Positions 16,647 through 26,261 of a DNA stretch of 64,000 nucleotides are shown piece after piece (the stretch's first letter is position 1; every line of letters begins with the position of its first letter). The stretch comes from a virus. The stretch is taken from the IMG/VR virus record IMGVR_UViG_3300021964_000015. One strand, 5' to 3'. The translations under genes and the position numbers were made by a program. Below the pieces are notes generated by a model. That model had not been told where the DNA came from. It was given only the letters and a program-made list of their open reading frames with translations, and made no database searches.

Positions 16647-18923
16647 ATGGCGGACGCTAGAGCCCGGCTTCAAGAAATTATCAATGCCTATCTGGATAAA
16701 GATAGCAACATTGTTGTTGATACGGGCATTGTTGCGTCCCACGTAGCACAAATGAAACTTTTTGGCATTCGCCAAGGAGTTGAATTCTTTGCAGGCCAGG
16801 ATAACTTTGGTGCCCAACGAAAGGACTTTATCGATCGCGTACTAAAGTACAACAAGCTTGATACCCGTTTGGATTCCATCTGGGAATACTTTTTATGTGA
16901 TGGAAAAGGTCTTTTTTACATTCGGCCAACCAAACAGAACTATCGGCTTTACTATTTTCGTGATCACGAATATCGTGCCTATTACAACGTTGATGGCGAA
17001 CTTGATGAGGTTGTAATCATCTATAGCTATAAGGTACGTAAAGGCAACGGTTTCGGCGAAGCAATTAATACGACGAGTATTTCAGGTACACAAAGTACTT
17101 ATAGCCCTGGAGCAAAACGCTATATTCGTTTATCCATTAAAGGAAGAGAAATTGAAGAAACTCATTCTGATGCAGAGTTAAATTTTGATATGCCCACTTA
17201 TGCCCTAACGGGCAATACAAAGAAGTTAAAAAATAGTCTTGGTTTTATTCCATGCGTTGAGATCATCAACAATGCCCAAGGCTTCTCCAATGAAGGGGTG
17301 GGTGAATTTGACCACATGGCAAATCACATCTGCACCCATGATGATTTAATGCGCACGATGCGCAAGAACATTACCTTCTTTGGTAATCCAACATTGCTTT
17401 CTTCTCGGCCTAAAACCGATTTGATGGAAGCAGGTGGTGATATGTCCGTTCAACGGCCCTCTATTGCTGCTAACTCAGGTTTCATGAGCCCTTCGCCCAT
17501 GAGCCGTTCCATGTTTAAAGCTGATCCAGTCAGCCGTGGCATGGATGGTCAGATCAGGGTTCCAAGAGTTATTGCAAACCTGGAACCAAACGATCGTGTT
17601 GGTTATATTGTTCCAGATGCTATTACAGGTGATCAAAACGCATTTGCCCGTCAGTATCGGGAAGAGATCCGTACCGCTCTTGGTGGCGTGGATGAGTTGT
17701 CAATTTCTGCAGGTGTTACTGCAACTGAATACAAATCATTGTTTGGCCGCGTTGCCGCCACATCAAAGAAGAAAGCAAACGCCATTTACACCCACGGTAT
17801 TTGTCGTTGTCTAGAACTTATTATTTATCAAGAAGAGCAACTGTTTAAAACAACACTTGCGGCTGCTGCTGGTATGGAGAAACCAGTTGAATTACCTGAT
17901 GATGCACCACCTGAACAACAGGCTGCATACGAAGATGCATTAAGTCAATATAACGAACAATTGAAGAAACTTATGTTAGCTTGTGTGGAAACTCAACAAA
18001 TACCACCAAGTGTTGTTGGGTTAATTCCTGATGGGGATCTAACTGTTTTATGGCGTTGGCTTGGTCCCGTCTATGAAGATTCCACGCAAGATATTCTTAA
18101 CAACTCTATTGTTGTAAGAAACCTTCAGGAATTAGGTGTTGATAGCATTGAAGCACTGAAGTACCTCTTCCCTTCTAAAACGGATGAGGAAAGAGCCGAG
18201 ATGCTATCTGGGTTCCCATTCAGGATGGTGAACGAATTGCAGGGTGCTTACTCTCAATTTGCTCGTCTAGTGGGGGGAATGATGCAGACTCCTCACCCGC
18301 AAGCACCGGATCTACCGATGGCTGCGGATCCCAGATTGGATCTAACACCATATCTGTATCGAACATTAGAAGCCTTACAAAAGGAGATGAGTTATGCAGG
18401 ACGCTACCGTCCAATCGATCCCACAGACGAGCCAAGTTCCGGCAGCGGTGGCTCCGAGCAGCTACGTGGCTCCGGCTCCGGCGCAAGCTCCAGTGGCAGC
18501 ACCAGTCCAGTATCAGGTGGGTACCAGTTACCCTCAGGCGGTACCACAGGCAGCCCCCAGCTACCAATCAGCCCCTACGCAGTACGCCCCCCAATCCCAA
18601 CCGGAAGCCCAGGGCAACCCATGGGAATCGGCGTTCAACAAGGTGGTGAATCTGCTGAGCGCACCAGTTCAATCCCCGTTCCAGGGTCAACCGTCTCAGA
18701 CGACGCAATACAGTCCAGCCAACTACGGCCAGCTGCCCAGCAACCTGGGTACGCAACAATCGGCTCCGCAGACCTCATTACCCAACCAGGCCTACTCGCC
18801 CAACTCTTCCCAAACTTCCTCGATTCAATCATTGGAGGACGTAGCGGATCTCCTGGATTGGAGCCCGGAAAGCCGGAACGTGGTAAGCGCGTACGGAACA
18901 GAAGCTCCCGCAATTCTAAATAA
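16647..18923 (+). CDS. portal protein with low-complexity overprinted C-terminal extension
   Basis: size and position between TerL and capsid; portal-like pattern (LGFIPCVEI...GEFD...ITFFGNPTL...EIRTALGG); AAGGAG RBS. Confidence 0.75.
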   Translation: MADARARLQEIINAYLDKDSNIVVDTGIVASHVAQMKLFGIRQGVEFFAGQDNFGAQRKDFIDRVLKYNKLDTRLDSIWEYFLCDGKGLFYIRPTKQNYRLYYFRDHEYRAYYNVDGELDEVVIIYSYKVRKGNGFGEAINTTSISGTQSTYSPGAKRYIRLSIKGREIEETHSDAELNFDMPTYALTGNTKKLKNSLGFIPCVEIINNAQGFSNEGVGEFDHMANHICTHDDLMRTMRKNITFFGNPTLLSSRPKTDLMEAGGDMSVQRPSIAANSGFMSPSPMSRSMFKADPVSRGMDGQIRVPRVIANLEPNDRVGYIVPDAITGDQNAFARQYREEIRTALGGVDELSISAGVTATEYKSLFGRVAATSKKKANAIYTHGICRCLELIIYQEEQLFKTTLAAAAGMEKPVELPDDAPPEQQAAYEDALSQYNEQLKKLMLACVETQQIPPSVVGLIPDGDLTVLWRWLGPVYEDSTQDILNNSIVVRNLQELGVDSIEALKYLFPSKTDEERAEMLSGFPFRMVNELQGAYSQFARLVGGMMQTPHPQAPDLPMAADPRLDLTPYLYRTLEALQKEMSYAGRYRPIDPTDEPSSGSGGSEQLRGSGSGASSSGSTSPVSGGYQLPSGGTTGSPQLPISPYAVRPPIPTGSPGQPMGIGVQQGGESAERTSSIPVPGSTVSDDAIQSSQLRPAAQQPGYATIGSADLITQPGLLAQLFPNFLDSIIGGRSGSPGLEPGKPERGKRVRNRSSRNSK

Positions 18924-19347
18924 TTATGCTCTCCAGCTGGAAGATATGCTGGATAGTGCTGTTGCCTGGGGTGGCAAAGCACAAGAACTGCTGAATGGCT
19001 ATGCCGAATTCAGTGTTAATGAGCACCAGGAGAACCTGGCATATAACGAGATCCTGACCAATCCCGATGTACTTAGCGATTACACGCTGAAGTTCTTTGG
19101 TCCTGAAGGTCCCTATCCTGTGTATGAGGATGAGGCACAATTGGAAACCCGTGGTTATCCAACCGCACCGATTGATTCTGCCCTGGGTCAATTCCCTGCT
19201 CCTCCTACTGCAGCAGCTCCTCAGCAACCTGAAAACTTCTGGGGCAGCTTTAAGCAACAAATGGATGTGGATCCCAGCCAGGCATGGCGTCTCCTGAATA
19301 ACGCTCAGCCTCAAGTGGTTTCCAACAAACTGTTTGTAATGGAGTGA
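18394..19347 (+). CDS. putative capsid scaffolding protein
   Basis: Q/P-rich N-terminus, acidic helical core, AAGGAG RBS upstream, lies between portal and capsid. Confidence 0.65.
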   Translation: MQDATVQSIPQTSQVPAAVAPSSYVAPAPAQAPVAAPVQYQVGTSYPQAVPQAAPSYQSAPTQYAPQSQPEAQGNPWESAFNKVVNLLSAPVQSPFQGQPSQTTQYSPANYGQLPSNLGTQQSAPQTSLPNQAYSPNSSQTSSIQSLEDVADLLDWSPESRNVVSAYGTEAPAILNNYALQLEDMLDSAVAWGGKAQELLNGYAEFSVNEHQENLAYNEILTNPDVLSDYTLKFFGPEGPYPVYEDEAQLETRGYPTAPIDSALGQFPAPPTAAAPQQPENFWGSFKQQMDVDPSQAWRLLNNAQPQVVSNKLFVME

Positions 19348-19351
19348 TGCC

Positions 19352-19807
19352 ATGATTCCCGCCCTTTTAGGTGGGCTGGGTGCATTAGGAGGTGGCGTAG
19401 GCGGCTTTAAGCTTGCTGGCCGCTACCTCCAGGATGTACCAGCTCAATTAACAAAAGCAGGTAAAAAAGGCACTCAAAAATTATCAGATGCACTGCTTAG
19501 TGGCGCAGCAGGATTAGATCGCTATGAAGGGCCAGGTGCTGTTGGTACTATGGCAGGAGATCTTCAGAATGTCTTGCTTAAAGGTGCAGATGCAGCTGCA
19601 AACATTCCTGTAGAGCAAATTGCTAAAGGAGCAACCAAAGTTGGTCAAGTCGGCTTAGGAGCCCTTGGTGGAATTGGTGCAGGTCAAGGCTTATATAGCA
19701 TTGGTAATGCATTAATGCCGCAACAACAAGCACTTGATCCTGAATCCTACGGGTCTAGCAACTCCCCTGGTGCACGCTATAAAGCACCTACTATGCAGTA
19801 TATGTAA
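19352..19807 (+). CDS. Gly/Ala-rich virion-associated protein
   Basis: 151 aa; C-terminal DPESYGSSNSPGARY. Confidence 0.7.
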   Translation: MIPALLGGLGALGGGVGGFKLAGRYLQDVPAQLTKAGKKGTQKLSDALLSGAAGLDRYEGPGAVGTMAGDLQNVLLKGADAAANIPVEQIAKGATKVGQVGLGALGGIGAGQGLYSIGNALMPQQQALDPESYGSSNSPGARYKAPTMQYM

Positions 19808-19840
19808 GCTTAAAGCTTATTACCTGCTAGAATTTGTTTT

Positions 19841-19865
19841 AGATAAGACACATGTGTCTTTATCT
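19841..19865 (+). promoter_or_regulatory. 5' leader hairpin after capsid promoter (TGnTAGAAT, -10 at 19828-19833)
   Basis: agataagacacatgtgtctttatct palindrome; GGAGG RBS at 19891. Confidence 0.55.
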
Positions 19866-19905
19866 TTCACCCGATAAAAACACTGACACTGGAGGATAAA
19901 CTAAA

Positions 19906-21895
19906 GTGTTCATTGATAGCTAGTTCAGATCCTGGTAGGTATGTCCCTTCAAGATTTGGTAAATAGCTCCGTGATTACAGTTAAATTTTTCAGCAATTTT
20001 TCTATAAGAAAGACCTGCTTCTTTTAAAGATTTAATTTGTTTCACGTCATCCGAAGAAAATTTTCTCAAAGATTTCTTCGGCTTTCCTTTACTGGCAAAA
20101 CCATTGTTTTTGTAACAACCGTTTTCCCAGGCTCTTGTTAAATTTTCTTGTTTGGTAACGATCTCAAGATTAGCAAGTTGATTATTTCTCTTGTTGTTAT
20201 CTTTGTGATCAATCTGTAGGGAAAAGTTACTGGTTCCATGAGAACGCAGATCTAATCCTAAAAAAGCAATTGCCATCAAGACGTGAAGATGAAATCTTTT
20301 TCTCTTTCCATCTACAAGAACTGAAATACGGTCGTAAACACTGGTGGAACTAATAGGAATCTCTAGAAAATATTCTTGATTATCGGGATCAAGTTGTTTT
20401 TCAAAAGCTTTCCCTTCTTCCGTTAAGTAAAGATTACCAAATCCTGGAACAAGTTTTGGATTCATGTTGTTTATAAACAGGTTTCCAGACTGTAGCACGC
20501 CTCAACTGAACGCTCAACGTTGTCACCTCACCAAGCAATTGATGAGTGCAAACCGGATGAATTCAGGGAAGCCCTAACGTAAAGACGAGGGTAATCCTGA
20601 GCCAAGCCAATCAAGAACGTGATTGGAAGGTGCAGAGACTACTGGGGGTAACACGATCTTGTTACGTAATACCAGATTCAGCGTCCGGCATCCCACAGGG
20701 ATGAAGAGATAGTCCACCCCTCTAAGAAACTAGAGACCAGGAGAACGATTTTCCAAAGATTTTAGGTGCGGAACTTTATCGTCCTCACCCTGCTTATGTC
20801 ACCGAAATGGCTGTGGAGCCCGTGGTTGTCCACGACTTCACTCGTCAGCCCGGTCAAACTGTTCAGTTAGATCGCTATAAGTTCTGGGGTACCCCTGGTA
20901 CGAAGGATAGCCGCGAGCGTATCTCTGACCAGACCATTGGTACTGCCAACAGCCGCAACATCACCAAGGAAAAGGTGCTTGTTGTGCTGAAAGAATACAC
21001 CGGCCCTGCTGATCCGGGTGATCCCACTCAGCCCAGCACCTTCAAAATTGCTCGTGAAACCCTGATTACCGCCCAGCGTCTGCTGCTGGATACCGGTAAC
21101 CTGAACATGTTCCACCAGAGCATTGGTTCGCTGACCCTGCTCGATGATTATCGCCGGTGGCGTGATCGTGTGTTCATTGATGAACTTGCCAAAGCAGAAG
21201 CAAACGGTGCTGCCTCCACCACACAAGGCGGTTACTACTTCGCTGGTGCCAAGGAAAAGAATGCTTCCGGTCAAATCACCTATAGCGTTGCTGAGTACCA
21301 AAGCCAAACTCAGCAGTTCCAGGTGCGTACTGACCTTCTGACCGTTGTTAAGGATCTGCGTAAGCGTAACGTTCCTACCTTCGCTGATGGTCTGTATCGT
21401 TGCATTTGCGATCCCGTCTTCATGATGCATCTGCGTCGTGATCCTGACTTCCGTGAGATCGCTCGTTACGCTGGTACCCCTGGCCAAGGCATGTACATGG
21501 GTAATCCCATGATGCCTAACAACGCCAGCTTCTACATGGGTCCCCAGGCTGGTCAAGGTTACTTCCTTGCCGGTGAGCCGGTGATGCCTACTGGTGTTCA
21601 GTTTGAAGGTGTGAAGTTCTTCGAATCGACCAACTTCCCCATCAAGAACGTCAACGCTTCGTTCGATGCTGGTTCCACCTACACTTCCCAGGAAGTTGCC
21701 CAAGGTTACTTCTTTGGTCCTCAGTCGATTGGTGTTGGTATCGGCGGCCCGAACGCTCAGGTGCTCATCAACAACAACGACGACTTCAGCCGCTTCATCA
21801 TCCTGATCTGGCAACTGTATGCTGGTTTTGAAATCCTGAACAAGGACTTCGTTACCACCGCGTTCAGCTTCATCCAAGACGATGGTACCGTCTGA
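19906..21895 (+). CDS. major capsid protein, spliced: exon 1 19906-19917, exon 2 20744-21895
   Basis: GGAGG then GTG TTC ATT GAT joins in frame to AAC GAT TTT..., giving MFIDNDFPKILGAELYRPHPAYVTEMAVEP...; strongest high-expression codon bias in the window; follows portal and scaffold. Confidence 0.88.
19920..20465 (-). mobile_element. intron-encoded HNH homing endonuclease (antisense)
   Basis: HLHVLMA...IDHKDNNKRNNQLANLE HNH motif plus C-terminal HTH; probable start MNPKL at 20465. Confidence 0.9.
20489..20517 (-). promoter_or_regulatory. sigma70-like promoter for the intron HNH
   Basis: TTGAGC-N17-TACAGT with extended TG. Confidence 0.6.
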
Positions 21896-21932
21896 TAATT
21901 AATCCATACATTTAAATTACTGGAAAAGATAA

Positions 21933-22727
21933 ATGACCTATTTGTCCGCTAAGAAAATCTACCCAGGTAACTGGGCAGAGCCCCTCAACGGTTGGTACAA
22001 GAACATTGATACCAACGATGACGGCAGCAACAATAACTCCAAGGGTGGCCCCACTTGCGTGCTGGCAACTCCTGGCTACCGTTACTTCCAGCAGCGTGGT
22101 TACGTTCCTGTCACCAACACTTCTGGTGGCGGTGCTATCTCCTCCGGCAGTGTTATCGTTCCTTCCCCTTATCGGAATGACGATACCCGCACTGACATCA
22201 CCGGTATGGTGATCTCCGGCAGCAGCACCCTTCCTGCCTATGTGTATCGCGCAACTGTTTCCGTTGCTTCTGGCTGGGGTGATGGCCGTGTTGCTTCTGG
22301 TGTGTATGCCGCAACCGGTAACATCATTACCTTCGGTCCTGGCCTGGAATCCAACGCAGGTGTTGGCGCAGCTGTTTCCCAAGCAAACCTGCAGTCCACC
22401 ACCTCTGGCAGCCAGCCCGGTGAGATTTATTTCGCTGGTGGTTCCGCTGCTTACAGCGCTGTTCCTCTCCTGACTGCTACCGGTGCTGCTGGTAATAGCG
22501 CAGGTAAGGTTTACCGCGAAGTGACTGCCGCTACTACTTACAACGTTCAGTCCCGTACTACCCTGACCGGCACCACTGCAGGCGGCGGTTGGTACATCTC
22601 CAGCGCTGATTCCACTGCTGGTCGCACTGGTTATCTGATCGTTGAAGTGTGCTACATCCAACCTGATGTTGCTCCTGGTTACGAAGACATCGACGGCTAC
22701 CTGCTTGGCCGTGTTGTCTCCCCGTAA
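21933..22727 (+). CDS. abundant structural protein (minor capsid/decoration or tail component)
   Basis: immediately after the capsid gene with the same codon bias; G/S/T-rich beta composition. Confidence 0.75.
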   Translation: MTYLSAKKIYPGNWAEPLNGWYKNIDTNDDGSNNNSKGGPTCVLATPGYRYFQQRGYVPVTNTSGGGAISSGSVIVPSPYRNDDTRTDITGMVISGSSTLPAYVYRATVSVASGWGDGRVASGVYAATGNIITFGPGLESNAGVGAAVSQANLQSTTSGSQPGEIYFAGGSAAYSAVPLLTATGAAGNSAGKVYREVTAATTYNVQSRTTLTGTTAGGGWYISSADSTAGRTGYLIVEVCYIQPDVAPGYEDIDGYLLGRVVSP

Positions 22728-22770
22728 TTAAAGAGATAAGTTAAACTAAGACCAGTAAATTACTGGTCTT

Positions 22771-23199
22771 ATGACAACTACTCCTTCGATGCTTTATCAG
22801 CACAAAAAAACAGGTGCACGTGTCAAGGTTGTAAGCGAATGGGATAATGGCGATTGGTTTATGGTCGAAGATCAGGATGGTCGCCTTTTCACTGCTTATA
22901 AAACTGAAATTACACCTGACGAGGCTGCAACAAAAACTGTTAAAACTCTTCAGGTAAAAGATAAAGCAGCAAAAGAAGAACCTCGCACTTTTCCCCCTGA
23001 TAATCGGTTAAACATTAATGGTGCAACACCTCAAATGATCGCTGATCATATTAAAGGTATTGGACTTAAAACAGCTAGAGAGATTAAAGATCTTCAGATG
23101 TCCTTATCGGGTGAAAGGTTTAATAATCTCGAACAGTTAAAACAGATTAAAAGGGTTGATTGGGACGCAGTTCTTGCAGCTGATTTAATCAGAGTTTGA
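22771..23199 (+). CDS. helix-hairpin-helix (ComEA-like) DNA-binding protein
   Basis: RLNINGAT...IKGIGLKTAREI...FNNLEQL. Confidence 0.8.
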   Translation: MTTTPSMLYQHKKTGARVKVVSEWDNGDWFMVEDQDGRLFTAYKTEITPDEAATKTVKTLQVKDKAAKEEPRTFPPDNRLNINGATPQMIADHIKGIGLKTAREIKDLQMSLSGERFNNLEQLKQIKRVDWDAVLAADLIRV

Positions 23200-23207
23200 G
23201 GATATTA

Positions 23208-23232
23208 ATCCCCTGGGCAACCAGGGGTTTTA
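23208..23232 (+). terminator. intrinsic terminator
   Basis: cccctgg-GCAA-ccagggg followed by TTTT. Confidence 0.85.
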
Positions 23233-23289
23233 TCTTGCAAATTCTTTTAATTCAGTGCATTTATAATAAAAAACAAACGGAAATAAACG

Positions 23290-23751
23290 GTGCAGCTATC
23301 TGATTTTGATAAGAGTAGAGTCCGGTATCACCTGGGCTACTTCACGGTTTCTGTTCCAGCAGGTGATTATGCCAGGCTGGAAGAAGCAATGAATACAATT
23401 CCTGATTCGTATTTTTACGATAAGGTAGCTATTCAAATTGGTCGTTGTGATACGGCTGAAAAGAAAACAGAAGTTGCAACCTCACCTTCCACCCGTTTGG
23501 AAAGTATTGCTGGTGACGTTGATCGTACGATTAGATCTAGCAATGCAAAGGAAGCTTTAAAGGTTTGGGACGAGATCTATCTCTACGAAACCAATCGTTT
23601 GGCACAAATTCTTTACGTACCAAACTACAAAGATCCGTTCCAAGCCAGATATCGTTATGAAAGATCTGGTGCTGAATTTATCCAGGCATTACCTGGTCCT
23701 GCCGACACCGCCGTTGGCTCCCGCATGTATTTAATGGAGAATTGGAGGTAA
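23290..23751 (+). CDS. putative head-tail adaptor/neck protein
   Basis: LSDFDKSRVRYHLGY N-terminus, helical, downstream of capsid. Confidence 0.6.
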   Translation: MQLSDFDKSRVRYHLGYFTVSVPAGDYARLEEAMNTIPDSYFYDKVAIQIGRCDTAEKKTEVATSPSTRLESIAGDVDRTIRSSNAKEALKVWDEIYLYETNRLAQILYVPNYKDPFQARYRYERSGAEFIQALPGPADTAVGSRMYLMENWR

Positions 23752-23753
23752 TC

Positions 23754-24617
23754 ATGCCTAGTTTTACTGGTGCACGTGAATTAGCAGGCCTGTTTGGTTT
23801 GGGGGGAAATTTAGCCACGGGCGCGGGTTTATTTGCAGGTCCTCAACTTTTCATGCAAGGTCAATCCGGTTCGTTATTAGATCGTAGTGTTCAAAACTTA
23901 CCTGGAATTATCCCAGACCAACGGAATGATCTAGGAAGGAAAACTGGAAATGCAATTAGCAATGAACTTCAATACATTACCAATCAACTAGGCCAGGGCT
24001 CCATGCCTTACGGCGGAGGCCTTGGTATCAACATGCCCAGGGGAAAAGGCAAAGGTGGACAAGGCCGAGGGTTGCGTTTCAATAGAGGCCAGTCATCACC
24101 TGATGTAGCAGCACCAGGTAGTGCACAAGAAACCGGCATGTATGGTCGTTACATCCCAGGTAGTGCACAAGATCGTGCGTACATGCAAGAAGCATCACGT
24201 GTTGCTCAGTTGACCGCACAGGATCCTGAACTAAAGCGTTACGCTGATAAACGTCAACTTGCTGTTGCACCTGGCGCAACACCTGCACAAATTCAATCTG
24301 CAGAAGATATCGGGATGGCAATCTGGGCTCAAAAGTATGGTCAACCTGGTGGTCTTGCACGTGCTGTAAAACCTGGTCAGGCAGGATATGATGTCATTCA
24401 ACAAACCTTGATTGGCCAAGATGCAGGTAATGCAGCACGTCAAGGAATGGGTTATCAAGCACAATCACAAATGATTCCAACCCCACCTCCTGGTTTAGGT
24501 GGTCCGCAAGGCCTTCCTTCTGTCAACATGCAGCCTACTTACGGTGCAGGCGGGCTAGAAGTTGATCCAGAAAGATTGAAAAAATTCCAGGCATTAATTA
24601 ATCAAGCAAAAGAATAA
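23754..24617 (+). CDS. Gly/Gln-rich hypothetical virion protein
   Basis: GGAGG RBS before MPSFTG. Confidence 0.7.
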   Translation: MPSFTGARELAGLFGLGGNLATGAGLFAGPQLFMQGQSGSLLDRSVQNLPGIIPDQRNDLGRKTGNAISNELQYITNQLGQGSMPYGGGLGINMPRGKGKGGQGRGLRFNRGQSSPDVAAPGSAQETGMYGRYIPGSAQDRAYMQEASRVAQLTAQDPELKRYADKRQLAVAPGATPAQIQSAEDIGMAIWAQKYGQPGGLARAVKPGQAGYDVIQQTLIGQDAGNAARQGMGYQAQSQMIPTPPPGLGGPQGLPSVNMQPTYGAGGLEVDPERLKKFQALINQAKE

Positions 24618-24621
24618 TATC

Positions 24622-24684
24622 TTGGCATTGCGTAGCATGTAAGACCAGCCTGCTGGACAAGAATCTTTGATTCACGGGAGCCAG
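24622..24684 (+). ncRNA. candidate multi-stem structured leader RNA
   Basis: tggc/gcca closing stem enclosing hairpins ttgcgt/atgtaa, ccagc/gctgg and gaatc/gattc. Confidence 0.4.
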
Positions 24685-24702
24685 TGTTGTTGCTTTATCA
24701 CA

Positions 24703-24819
24703 ATGATTCTCTGCCCTAATTTTGTTAAACGCTTAGCAGCCACTGTATCCCTGGTTGCAATTACGCAAACAGTATTTACACCTGGTCTCAAAGCACAGTC
24801 AAATTGGGTAGCTGAATGA
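24703..24819 (+). CDS. 38-aa peptide with signal-peptide-like character (not in ORF track)
   Basis: MILCPNFVKRLAATVSLVAITQTVFTPGLKAQSNWVAE. Confidence 0.5.
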   Translation: MILCPNFVKRLAATVSLVAITQTVFTPGLKAQSNWVAE

Positions 24820-24829
24820 GGCAATAAAA

Positions 24830-25558
24830 ATGACAGAACGCGAATTACTACAAAGCTACGTTTCAAGACCTGCCATCCAGAACGCATTGCGAGTTATTCG
24901 TTTTGCGGAAGGTACTGAACGTGGCGGACCCGATTCCTATCGCGTCATGTTTGGCGGTGGCTTGGCACCTGATCTAAAGCGGCATCCAGACAAAGTTATT
25001 GATGGAGGACGCTATAAAAGTGCAGCTGCTGGTGCATACCAATTCATGCCCTTTACCTGGGAGCGACAAGCAAAAGCACTAGGCTTATCTGATTTTGGTC
25101 CACAGAATCAAGATCTTGCTGCTACACGTTTGTTGCGTAATCGCTTGATGCCTATCGGTGGTTTATCAACCCTTGAAAAAGAAGGTTTTAGCCAGCGTGT
25201 ATCCTCTGCACTAGCACCAGAATGGGCTTCTCTTCCCACCGAAAGTGGTGAGAGTTTCTACGGCCAACCTGTTAAAAAACTTGCTGATCTCCAGAAAGTT
25301 TTTGGTCAGCCACAAGAAACACAAACGTTTGGGGCCACAACTCAACTTACAAAAAAACAAGAAAGAAAATTAAAGAAACAGCTTCAAAATCCCCTGGGTT
25401 TACCTGTCAGTATCAACATTAATTTATCTGGTGAAGAAGAGGCAAAACCTGAAGCCCGTTCTTTTCTTGATACAATGAAAGGACAAGTGATGCAATCACT
25501 ATTCCAGCAACGTCAACCGTTTGGCCTACAAGAAGTATTAGGCTTGCTTGGTCAATAA
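24830..25558 (+). CDS. lambda-R-like (GH104) lytic transglycosylase, probably virion-associated
   Basis: IRFAEGT...Y.VMFGG...HP...SAAAGAYQF...TW...QDLAA...EWASLP...YGQP. Confidence 0.9.
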   Translation: MTERELLQSYVSRPAIQNALRVIRFAEGTERGGPDSYRVMFGGGLAPDLKRHPDKVIDGGRYKSAAAGAYQFMPFTWERQAKALGLSDFGPQNQDLAATRLLRNRLMPIGGLSTLEKEGFSQRVSSALAPEWASLPTESGESFYGQPVKKLADLQKVFGQPQETQTFGATTQLTKKQERKLKKQLQNPLGLPVSININLSGEEEAKPEARSFLDTMKGQVMQSLFQQRQPFGLQEVLGLLGQ

Positions 25559-25621
25559 CCTTTATAATGTCTATAAAAAGGAAGTAGAACATTGTCTTCA
25601 AGTTCTCTTGTATTTTTTGTT

Positions 25622-26212
25622 TTATTTGGGTTTTACGTGGCTACCTCCTTTGCCATCATGCCGTTCTTTTGAAAATGCTTTGTCAAGGGGCCATTCATTA
25701 TTAAGGCGTTTTTGCATTGATTGAGGAGATATTCCAACTTCTTTAGCCCAGTCGGCAATGCACATTGTCTTACCTTCAAAGGTATAAAGTCTAGTAGCAC
25801 GCTTCCCTCCTCGGTTGCGTGTCTGCTCTTTTCTTGTAGCCCATCGACAATTTTCTTTGCAGTAGTTTTTATCGTTTTCAATACGCTCTAGTTCCATCTT
25901 GGGATCTGGTTTTTTACCCATGTCTGCTAGGAACACCGTAAAGTCTTCCCAAGAAGGGTCGTAGGTTATACCACGGGCGCCATAACGTTCATAATGGGTT
26001 GTGCCAATACAATTGCAACGGTTTTTCATTGCGCACCATGAACCGTATTCTGGTGTTTTATCTCTGTTCCCACCATGTTTGAAGGAAGCGCAGTTTTTTG
26101 AGCAATAGACATACCCTCTATCTCGCAAACGCTTACGATGCCAAGCTGCGGTATTCCCTTGGCGCTCATAAAACTTGCCACAGCAAGCGCACTGAAAAAT
26201 TGTTTGTGCCAT
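25622..26212 (-). mobile_element. free-standing HNH-type homing endonuclease
   Basis: YGSWCAMKNRC...YGARGI...FLADMG...LERIENDKNYCKENCRWAT, with N-terminal Zn-finger CxxC...YCSKNC. Confidence 0.88.
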
Positions 26213-26261
26213 TAGAATAAGAGAAGTTTTCGGAGGCCCCTGTCAAATTAGCAGAGACAGG

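Larger units (their letters stand above)
19918..20743 (+). ncRNA. group I self-splicing intron
   Basis: P AATTCAGGGAA, Q AATCCTGAGC, R GTGCAGAGACTA, S AAGAGATAGTCC; P3 ccggatg/cgtccgg; P7 gacta/tagtc; P9 with GAAA loop; exon ends in U, intron ends in G; IGS cgttgtca (20518-20525) pairs across TGAT|AACG. Confidence 0.93.

Noticed and set aside
20807-21895. Capsid gene starting at MAVEP as in the ORF track
   Set aside because: No RBS there; the frame is open back to the intron 3' splice site and the RBS and start lie at 19891-19908
20867-22661. Long antisense ORFs (336 aa and 249 aa) opposite the capsid and following gene
   Set aside because: Expected shadow of strong codon bias (few TTA/CTA/TCA codons); no RBS or recognisable motifs
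22771-23199. PsbU photosystem II protein
   Set aside because: Shares the HhH-like fold but has no signal peptide and has a typical ComEA-like GIG motif in a virion gene context
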